The position numbers were made by a program, and so were the translations under genes. From a virus (taxonomy: Duplodnaviria; Heunggongvirae; Uroviricota; Caudoviricetes), in the IMG/VR virus record IMGVR_UViG_3300013902_000006: a stretch of DNA of 64,000 nt; one strand, written 5' to 3'. Positions 33,609-40,588 of the stretch are shown here, piece after piece. The notes under the pieces are model-generated. The model was not told the origin of the DNA. It did not search any database and saw nothing but the letters and a program-made list of their open reading frames with translations. Each line of letters opens with the position of its first letter. Within the stretch, counting starts at the first letter, position 1.

Positions 33609-33941
33609 ATGGAATATAATAAAATAAGATTCTTTGCGTTACAATGTAAAAATTTAGATGAATTTGAACAAAGTGTAGAATGTCAAGAAAGTCGTAAAAT
33701 GAATGTGTATGAAGAATTAACCAAACATTTTCACAGCAAAAAGAAATACTATACCAATGACGATTTATTTTTCGTTGCTTCTTTTTATAAGACAAGAAAA
33801 AAATTTATGAAAAATAGTTATAGTGCTTATGATGTTGCCCGTAGACGAAAGTTGTTAAATGATATTTGTTGCCATATGAAAAATTATTTTCATAAGGATG
33901 TAACAAAAGAGGATGCAATAGAGGTCGCAAAAAAGTATTAA
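33609..33941 (+). CDS. Hypothetical protein
   Basis: 110-aa ORF with no recognisable motif. Confidence 0.35.
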   Translation: MEYNKIRFFALQCKNLDEFEQSVECQESRKMNVYEELTKHFHSKKKYYTNDDLFFVASFYKTRKKFMKNSYSAYDVARRRKLLNDICCHMKNYFHKDVTKEDAIEVAKKY

Positions 33942-34009
33942 AGGAATAATATGCATCTGTATCAGAGGCAAGTGAGAAAACTGTCATCAGTAGATCTTCG
34001 ATATATAAT

Positions 34010-34291
34010 ATGTGCAGGCATAAGGTAAAATACAAATTTTTTAACGAGCAAGTTTTCTTATTTGAAAACGATGAATTCGATTATAATATAAAAGAGAAAA
34101 TTAAAGAGAATAAAGAAAAATGTTATGATAGAGTAGTTCGTAAATTTGCTAAAATATTAGATGGGAATATAATAGAAATATTTAAAGATGCCCATTTAGC
34201 CGCAATGGATGTCGGAAGAAGTGAAAGAAGTATTTTAACTGCTTGCCAAAAAGGGTGGAGATGTGGTGGATTTTATTGGAAAAGATTATAA
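34010..34291 (+). CDS. Stand-alone homing-endonuclease-type DNA-binding domain (NUMOD1-like HTH); probable homing-endonuclease remnant
   Basis: C-terminus AAMDVGRSERSILTACQKGWRCGGFYWKRL matches the IS.s.I..c..G.rktaGGf.WkY tail of phage HNH/GIY-YIG homing endonucleases. No nuclease domain is present. Confidence 0.4.
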   Translation: MCRHKVKYKFFNEQVFLFENDEFDYNIKEKIKENKEKCYDRVVRKFAKILDGNIIEIFKDAHLAAMDVGRSERSILTACQKGWRCGGFYWKRL

Positions 34292-34307
34292 AATATAATA
34301 TACAATA

Positions 34308-35015
34308 TTGCATATGTCAAAAACAATTAAATGGGAATATATAAAGGGACTAGATCAGTATTTTGCTGATATAAAACACTTTAAGTCTCTCTCTCGTAAA
34401 GAAGAGAGAGAACTTGGTGTGCGTATAAAACAAGGTGACAAAGATGCCTTGAATAAATTGGTTCAACATAATCTTAAGTTCGTTGTTTCAATGGCGAAAA
34501 AATATCGTGATAAGGGTGTTCCATTTGAAGACTTAATATCCGAGGGCAACTTAGGACTTTATCACGCAGCCGAGAAATATGATGGTAGTCGTGAGACACG
34601 TTTTATTACTTATGCCGTATGGTGGATTAAAAATTCATTCAATGAGTGTATCAAGAGGAATGATAGAATCAATGAGATGGATATTGATGATTTCTTATGG
34701 GGTAAAAATAAAAGTGATACTTTTAGAACTGAAATAATAAATGAAAGATTCGAGGAACAGTTAAATGACATACAGAGTCGAAATGCAAGCATCAATGAAT
34801 TGATGGAATGTCTACAAGAACGTGAACGAAAAGTAGTTGCAATGTTCTTCGGTCTCGATGGAAAAAAGGAAATGAATCTTGATGAAATTGGACAAGATAT
34901 GAATTTATCAATGGAAAGGATAAGACAAATAAAAGATGTCGCCCTTATAAAATTAAAGACCAATGTATTGTTGATGAACAGTGATGAAATCCAAGAACTG
35001 AGAGAATTGCGTTAA
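34308..35015 (+). CDS. Sigma-70 family RNA polymerase sigma factor (regions 2 and 4)
   Basis: DLISEGNLGLYHAAEKYDGSRETRFITYAVWWIKNSF is a region 2.2-2.4 match. LDEIGQDMNLSMERIRQIKDVALIKLK is a region 4.2 HTH match. Confidence 0.75.
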   Translation: MHMSKTIKWEYIKGLDQYFADIKHFKSLSRKEERELGVRIKQGDKDALNKLVQHNLKFVVSMAKKYRDKGVPFEDLISEGNLGLYHAAEKYDGSRETRFITYAVWWIKNSFNECIKRNDRINEMDIDDFLWGKNKSDTFRTEIINERFEEQLNDIQSRNASINELMECLQERERKVVAMFFGLDGKKEMNLDEIGQDMNLSMERIRQIKDVALIKLKTNVLLMNSDEIQELRELR

Positions 35016-35070
35016 TAAACCAAAATGCATTGATACTTATTATAGAATAAACAGATATAGGATATAATTT

Positions 35071-35451
35071 ATGGCAAGAACAAGCAAGAATACTTCTAAG
35101 GAAAATGAAACAAAAGAAGTCAAGCAAGAGGTAAAGAATGAAATTGTTGACAATGTTGAAATAAAGGACGATGAGAAAATCGATACTACTGAAGAGACAA
35201 TTTCGAAAGAAGAAGTTATTGCAGAAAAGGACTCTCCAAAGGAAACTCTTGACAATAAAGAAGAGGAAAACAAGGATGAAATTATTCCATCGGAAGACAG
35301 CGACGTTGAAGGTTCAGAAGAAGATGAGATGGTGGAACCCAATGATTATAATGATGAAATCATTGATAAACAAGTCAAGGAAACTGTAGCTCCTCGATGG
35401 GCAAAGGATGTATATGGTTATAATTGGATGGGACAATGCTATGATGAATAA
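35071..35451 (+). CDS. Highly acidic Glu/Asp/Lys-rich protein (possible DNA mimic)
   Basis: 126 aa with an acidic low-complexity composition. Confidence 0.4.
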   Translation: MARTSKNTSKENETKEVKQEVKNEIVDNVEIKDDEKIDTTEETISKEEVIAEKDSPKETLDNKEEENKDEIIPSEDSDVEGSEEDEMVEPNDYNDEIIDKQVKETVAPRWAKDVYGYNWMGQCYDE

Positions 35452-35471
35452 ATCTTAAATTTCTAAAGTCA

Positions 35472-35918
35472 ATGGAAAAAGATTACAATGAAATTAAAAT
35501 GATATTCAACACCTTGGATAATCTTGACAAGAAGAAAATCCAAGAAGCAATCGGTAAAGATTCACAAGCAACCGATGGCGTGTCATATACTCAGAATGAC
35601 GAGATAATGACAAACTCATTGGAAACCTGTAAGACACAGTTCGGTGCTGATTTCACCAATCATAATGACCCAAGTCCTATGATATACTACCCTTCTGACG
35701 GTGATGTCGTATTAAGCGGAACAGTACCAGGACTAAACAACGCTAAATTTCAGTTCAGATACAAAGATTCATCGTTTGGTTGCTATTTTTGGTCTGATTC
35801 TCTGGTACTTAATGATGACAATATACAGAAGTTATCAAGAATAAACGGTGTCTATAAGAATTGGGTGCAGGAATTGCAGACATCTGCCGATATTAAGCCT
35901 ATCGGTTATAAAGGCTGA
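35472..35918 (+). CDS. Hypothetical protein
   Basis: 148-aa ORF. Confidence 0.4.
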   Translation: MEKDYNEIKMIFNTLDNLDKKKIQEAIGKDSQATDGVSYTQNDEIMTNSLETCKTQFGADFTNHNDPSPMIYYPSDGDVVLSGTVPGLNNAKFQFRYKDSSFGCYFWSDSLVLNDDNIQKLSRINGVYKNWVQELQTSADIKPIGYKG

Positions 35919-35990
35919 AATAATTTTTATCTTTATTATCGAAATCCAAACCATATTCTATTTATTTAGGATATGGTTTTTCTTATGTGA

Positions 35991-36236
35991 ATGATACTTA
36001 TTATTAAAGGTATTTGCACGATGAAAAGGATAGATTCTAACGTACTTAGACAAATGGTGTCAGAAGAACTAAACCGTTCTGACATAAGATCGATGATCAA
36101 TGACCGTATACACGAACTCTTGCGAGAAAGGGAATTTGAAGATAAGATAAAGGACATAACTTCTGAGGTATTCGAGAAATTCTTTAAAATGATGTATACT
36201 AAGAGAGGTTTTTGGAAAAATGATATTAAAAGGTAG
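35991..36236 (+). CDS. Hypothetical small protein
   Basis: 81-aa ORF. Confidence 0.3.
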   Translation: MILIIKGICTMKRIDSNVLRQMVSEELNRSDIRSMINDRIHELLREREFEDKIKDITSEVFEKFFKMMYTKRGFWKNDIKR

Positions 36237-36242
36237 AACGAA

Positions 36243-37430
36243 ATGGATAATGTAATGGATAAGATAAAAGCCTACCTTTCGCAAAATAAGAAAATGGGTT
36301 TCGCCTTAAGGGATTGGCTTATAAGGAATGGATATAACTACACATTGAAGGAGGCGTTGATATGTATTTATAATGCAGCAGACGGAAAATCAAGTGTAAT
36401 GAATGACATTATAGAGCATTTGACAGAAAAAAGGAAAATTTATGGTAGGACACAGGTATATGCCGATAATAACACCCCTTTGATCGGTTTACGTAGAAAC
36501 GAGCAAGGTGAAGTTGAGTTATATGGTTATAGACCCAATATGCCCTTAAATCCTAAGGGACAACATATGTCAAGGAACAATAAGATATTCCGTAAATCAG
36601 ATGATCAAGTCAGCAAGACATATCAGAATTCAGAAGAAAAAATGTATGAGTTGGGACGACAAGTAAGAGATATGTTTCCTGATTGTAGTAATCACGACAT
36701 CACTTTCATAATGCAAGCGATAAAGAAATATGCTGAAAGTCATAAGATTCATACTGATAAGGTATTGAATATGATGAGAAAGGGAAGATTGGAATACAAT
36801 GAACCTTTAAATAGATTAGTTCCTCACGTGAGAGAAGGTAGACAAGGAAGAACCATTATGATAGACGAGGCCGTCATGATGGAAATCGCAGACGATGCGA
36901 ATATGACGGAATACAAGTTTAACTCAAACATTAAGCATTTCTTGCACGACTTATTGGTAAATCCATCTGGTGCGAAAATGCCTTTTATTTTTAAGATAAA
37001 TGGCGTCAATCGTAATAGGATGATATATTTCTTAAAGAAATTTGGCTTACTTAAGAAAATCGAAAGGATTTCTGACAAGGATAACGAAGGGAAACCTAAG
37101 AAAGCCACGATGATGGTAAAATATCAAGTTCCAAAAAAAGATTTCGATAGGAAATTAAAGAAATTATTTATACGTCTATTCGAGGACAACTGTAGTGAGG
37201 TTAATAATATCACAGAGGATGGAGAAGGTGCAACCACTTGTGATGCTTCATCGGGACAATTTTCGCAGCCATTGTTCCCATTACAGAGAGGTAAAATGTA
37301 TCATATGGACGAAGATACCACTTGTGACAGCGTAGGTGATTATCAATACGATGTACCATTTGCGGGCGATGATGAGACTTTGAAACGAAATAATGGCGTT
37401 GGAGGTTCAAATTCAATAAATTTCGCATAA
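36243..37430 (+). CDS. Hypothetical protein
   Basis: 395-aa ORF whose stop lies inside a 62-bp tandem duplication. Confidence 0.45.
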   Translation: MDNVMDKIKAYLSQNKKMGFALRDWLIRNGYNYTLKEALICIYNAADGKSSVMNDIIEHLTEKRKIYGRTQVYADNNTPLIGLRRNEQGEVELYGYRPNMPLNPKGQHMSRNNKIFRKSDDQVSKTYQNSEEKMYELGRQVRDMFPDCSNHDITFIMQAIKKYAESHKIHTDKVLNMMRKGRLEYNEPLNRLVPHVREGRQGRTIMIDEAVMMEIADDANMTEYKFNSNIKHFLHDLLVNPSGAKMPFIFKINGVNRNRMIYFLKKFGLLKKIERISDKDNEGKPKKATMMVKYQVPKKDFDRKLKKLFIRLFEDNCSEVNNITEDGEGATTCDASSGQFSQPLFPLQRGKMYHMDEDTTCDSVGDYQYDVPFAGDDETLKRNNGVGGSNSINFA

Positions 37431-37544
37431 TAAAGTAACAATTAGGACTATTTATGTATATAGAAAATGATGATAGCCGTGATTTCGCATAATAAAGTAA
37501 CAATTAGGACTATTTATGTATATAGAAAATGATGATAGCCGTGA
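37421..37544 (+). repeat. Perfect tandem duplication, 2 x 62 bp
   Basis: tttcgcataataaagtaacaattaggactatttatgtatatagaaaatgatgatagccgtga repeated head-to-tail. Copy 1 carries the stop of the upstream gene. Copy 2 carries the ATG of a 55-aa ORF (37516..37683). Confidence 0.85.
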
Positions 37545-37749
37545 TAAAGTAATCGAAAGAATGTTGCAAATCTCAGAGGAAAGGGAAGACCTATCTGAAC
37601 AAGGAAAACTTGACAAGGAGAAAGAGAGAGAACTAATCCTAAGACAATTTTATCAAGGACTAAAGTTATGTACAAGAGGGTAAATAACTGTTAAATAAAA
37701 TTTTAAGAAAATCTACGAAAAATTATTCGTTTTTATGACGAATTTTTTG

Positions 37750-37757
37750 TATTTTTG
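37750..37757 (+). promoter_or_regulatory. -7 box TATTTTTG(CA); candidate promoter of the tRNA island transcript
   Basis: TAnnTTTG match followed by a GGCAGCCGTACTGCC hairpin, with no ORF downstream before the tRNAs. Confidence 0.35.
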
Positions 37758-37880
37758 CAAAGATAAATAAGTTAAAGAAATCGTTTAATAGGCAGCCGTA
37801 CTGCCGAATTTACGCTTGTGGACTGCCAACTATGGATGACCGTTGCTAAAGCAGCCTAAAAAGTAGTGATAGGATGAAAC

Positions 37881-37934
37881 AAGAAATAAAAACTAAGTAA
37901 AATCATAATTTTTCTTAGAATTTTATATACGGTA
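37881..37934 (+). repeat. 54-bp exact direct repeat, copy 1 (copy 2 at 40458..40511)
   Basis: aagaaataaaaactaagtaaaatcataatttttcttagaattttatatacggta is identical at both positions. The repeat pair brackets the tRNA island and two ORFs. Confidence 0.9.
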
Positions 37935-38016
37935 CTCAAGTGGTTTAAGAGGACGGTCTTGAAAATCGTTAGCACTGTGATGAATGGTGGCGTGAGTCCG
38001 AATCTCACCCCCTCCG
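37935..38016 (+). pseudogene. 5'-truncated tRNA-Ser(TGA)-like pseudo-tRNA
   Basis: D-arm CTC/AAGTGGTTTAA/GAG, anticodon arm ACGGT-CTTGAAA-ATCGT, a long variable arm and T-arm GTGAG-TCCGAAT-CTCAC parallel E. coli tRNA-Ser. The 3' acceptor strand CCCCTCC has no complementary 5' strand. The body starts exactly at the end of repeat copy 1. Confidence 0.4.
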
Positions 38017-38025
38017 CAACCGAAT

Positions 38026-38113
38026 GGAAGACTAACCCTGATGGTGATGGGGGCATCCTGCTAAGATGTTTCGTTCGAGAAATTCGAATGTGGTTCGATT
38101 CCACAGTCTTCCT
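38026..38113 (+). tRNA. tRNA-Ser (anticodon GCT), type II
   Basis: Manual cloverleaf: acceptor GGAAGAC/GTCTTCC, D-stem CCC/GGG, anticodon stem GCATC/GATGT, loop CTGCTAA, variable arm TTCGA-GAAAT-TCGAA, T-arm TGTGG-TTCGATT-CCACA. No encoded CCA. Confidence 0.7.
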
Positions 38114-38398
38114 CAATTCAAAAGGTAGTATAGTTCAGTGGCAAAACACCCAAATCACAGGGATAAGAGATATGTCCAAATTGCGATTCACAATTAGATA
38201 CATATAAGTCTAAAAATAAAAATAGCAACAGAAATTATTATCGATTTCATAAATGATAATTTTTGACCTACGTCAAATAATCTATATAAAATGTGTGCGA
38301 ACACAATATTTTTAATATAATGTTTATATTTATTATTGAATAGAGAAAACCATATGATATGACTAAGCGAGATAATAAATAATATACCTATTAATTAA

Positions 38399-38548
38399 AT
38401 GAAAAAGATTATGAAAAAGACGTTATCATTAGTAAAACGAGCTGTGAAGTGGTATTTCAAAAAGACTATGCCATATAATCAATATGTATGGTGTCCAAGT
38501 GGAATGATACCTTATAATTACAACAGAAACGTAAGTAAGGAGAAATAA
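38399..38548 (+). CDS. Possible small basic protein (49 aa)
   Basis: ORF encoding MKKIMKKTLSLVKRAVKWYFKK... inside the tRNA island. Below the ORF-track length cutoff. Confidence 0.2.
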   Translation: MKKIMKKTLSLVKRAVKWYFKKTMPYNQYVWCPSGMIPYNYNRNVSKEK

Positions 38549-38781
38549 CTATGGTGAGTTTTATTAATTGTTTGAAAACCATCTTAAAAGATGGTCTTGA
38601 GATGATGGGACAAAGTGTCCTGAGTGGTAATTGGCAATAATAAAATTGTTTCAATTCCACTTTTTATAAAAAAAAAAAAATGTAATTTTTATCATTTGTT
38701 GAAAAATAAGTAGTATATTTGTAATGTCGAAAGATAGAGATGTCTAATCGTATGTTCTTTGAAATGATACAGATATAATTT

Positions 38782-38851
38782 GCGGATTTGGTGTAAAGGT
38801 TGCACATCGTCTGTCCAAGACGAGGGAGCTGTTCGATTCAGCATTCCTGCT
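38782..38851 (+). tRNA. Degenerate tRNA-Gly(TCC)-like sequence
   Basis: D-stem GTGT/GCAC, anticodon stem TCGTC/GACGA and loop TGTCCAA parallel T4 tRNA-Gly. It has G33, a 4-bp T-stem around TTCGATT, and an acceptor that pairs at only 4 of 7 positions. Confidence 0.25.
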
Positions 38852-38881
38852 CAATGCAATAGTGTAAGAAAGAGTTACTTC

Positions 38882-38954
38882 GTTTGATTCGCCCAGTTGG
38901 TAGGGCATTATTTTATGGTAATAACTGTCATCGGTTCGAGTCCGATATTAAACT
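38882..38954 (+). tRNA. tRNA with anticodon loop TTATGGT (apparent anticodon ATG, formally His)
   Basis: Acceptor GTTTGAT/ATTAAAC (one G-U), D-arm GCCC-AGTTGGTA-GGGC, anticodon stem TTATT/AATAA, T-arm ATCGG-TTCGAGT-CCGAT, 73 nt. A34 in the anticodon is unusual. Confidence 0.5.
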
Positions 38955-39088
38955 AATTTTTTTTTACTCTTTCTGATTTTCTTTGCAAACCTATAGTGTG
39001 ATAGTGGAAGTTCGGTTACTTCGAAAATGGAAATGAATGATTTATAATTGAAAAACACCGAACTTATTAAATCTTCACAATTTTATAT

Positions 39089-39161
39089 CGTGGCGTGGAG
39101 CAGTTGGTAGCTCAACAGACTCATAATCTGTAGGTCACTGGTTCGAGTCCAGTCGCCACCA
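39089..39161 (+). tRNA. tRNA-Met/Ile2 (anticodon CAT) with an unpaired C1-C72 and A11:U24
   Basis: Positions 2-7 GTGGCG pair with CGCCAC. D-arm GAGC-AGTTGGTA-GCTC, anticodon arm ACAGA-CTCATAA-TCTGT, T-arm ACTGG-TTCGAGT-CCAGT. No encoded CCA. Confidence 0.7.
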
Positions 39162-39278
39162 CATAGTCGTTGTTTCTCAATGTGTTATACAGAAAAACGC
39201 ACAGTCTTATAATGTCACAGGTTAGTTTTAATCGACTGTCTGTGACATTTTTATTATTATTTTATTTTTAAAATTAAA

Positions 39279-39608
39279 ATGGACAAATATGAAGACTTAA
39301 TTACACAAGTTAAAGTAAGAATGTTTAAAAGAGTTCCTTTCACCTTATATAATTATGTAAGCGAGGAAAGTGGTTATCTGAACTTTTTGAATAAAAAAGG
39401 TATTAGTAACGACATTGATGATTTGGAATGCCTACAGATTGAATTAACTGATGACGAGAAGAAAAACATAAAAAAAGGCGTTAATGGACGTTTTGACGAT
39501 TTCTCACGGTATATCGAAAAACATACTGATAATACAATAAATGTTTCCATTATGAAACAATATGGCTGTGTTTTCGTAGTAAAACCAAAGGGAACAATTT
39601 TAAATTAA
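39279..39608 (+). CDS. Hypothetical protein
   Basis: 109-aa ORF after the tRNAs. Confidence 0.4.
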   Translation: MDKYEDLITQVKVRMFKRVPFTLYNYVSEESGYLNFLNKKGISNDIDDLECLQIELTDDEKKNIKKGVNGRFDDFSRYIEKHTDNTINVSIMKQYGCVFVVKPKGTILN

Positions 39609-39656
39609 TAATTTTTAACTATTGTTTTTATCATAATATCATATAAAGTAGTAATT

Positions 39657-40421
39657 TTGCATTATAAAATACATATTATGAAAGAAAAAGTAGACATATC
39701 ACAGCAAGTAGGTATTACAGAGAGTGGGGAAATTGCTTTCAATCTTGAAGCTTTCGATAATTTGCGTAATGCCAATATTATTATAACGAAGAGACTAACT
39801 GACAAACTGATTGAAAAGTTAGTAGAGAATAAAGACAAGATAATTCTTCATCTTACGTGTACGGGAATGGGTGGAACGAAAATTGAACCATTCGTTCCGA
39901 CTGCGGATGCCACATATACAAAATTCAAGAAATTAATTAATGATGGATTTCCAATAAGTCACGTTGTATTACGTATAGATCCGATTGTTCCAACTGAGAA
40001 AGGTGTTAATACAGCAATTAAGGTATTGGAAACTTTTGCCCCAATGAAAATCGAACGTGTGAGGATATCAATACTCGATATGTATAAGCATGTTAAAGAA
40101 AGATTTAATGAAAAAGGAATTCCATTGCCTTTTGAGGATTTCCATTCGCCATTATCACTGAGGAAATCAATCTACGATATTTTTTATGATTATTCAGATA
40201 AATATGAGTTTTATTTGGAAGTATGTGGTGAACCTGGAATTGAGAGCGTCCCTTGTCTTTCGCAAAGGGATATAGATATTCTTGGACTAAGTGATAAAAT
40301 AAAATTAGTAGGTAGCGCAAAACAAAGGAAATCATGCGGATGCCCGGCAAATAAACATGAGATATTGAAAGATAAACCTCATCAGTGTAATAATGGTTGC
40401 CTTTATTGTTTTTGGAAATAA
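39657..40421 (+). CDS. Hypothetical protein with a C-terminal Cys cluster (CGCP...C..GC.YC)
   Basis: 254-aa ORF preceded by a TAATTTTG -7 box at 39645..39652. The conserved-looking Cys cluster suggests metal or Fe-S binding. Confidence 0.45.
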   Translation: MHYKIHIMKEKVDISQQVGITESGEIAFNLEAFDNLRNANIIITKRLTDKLIEKLVENKDKIILHLTCTGMGGTKIEPFVPTADATYTKFKKLINDGFPISHVVLRIDPIVPTEKGVNTAIKVLETFAPMKIERVRISILDMYKHVKERFNEKGIPLPFEDFHSPLSLRKSIYDIFYDYSDKYEFYLEVCGEPGIESVPCLSQRDIDILGLSDKIKLVGSAKQRKSCGCPANKHEILKDKPHQCNNGCLYCFWK

Positions 40422-40457
40422 TTTCTATGCTTCATTGTTTCTCCATGAAAATGTATT

Positions 40458-40511
40458 CCAGACGGAGAAGAAATAAAAACTAAGTAAAATCATAATTTTT
40501 CTTAGAATTTT
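40458..40511 (+). repeat. 54-bp exact direct repeat, copy 2
   Basis: Identical to 37881..37934 and lies 78 nt upstream of the FtsH-like gene. Confidence 0.9.
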
Positions 40512-40588
40512 ATATACGGTAAGAAGTACAAATAGTAAAGTATTAAAGAAGTAGAATAAAGTATAACAATTTTAATATTTTTAATAAC

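Noticed and set aside
37856-38207. ORFs 37856..38116 (-) and 37959..38207 (+).
   Set aside because: Both run through the tRNA-Ser(GCT) and pseudo-tRNA sequences, so they are spurious.
38126-38210. tRNA-like start GGTAGTATAGTTCAGTGGCAAAAC.
   Set aside because: It has a D-arm-like beginning, but no anticodon or T arm and no acceptor pairing could be folded by hand. It is left uncalled, pending a covariance-model scan.
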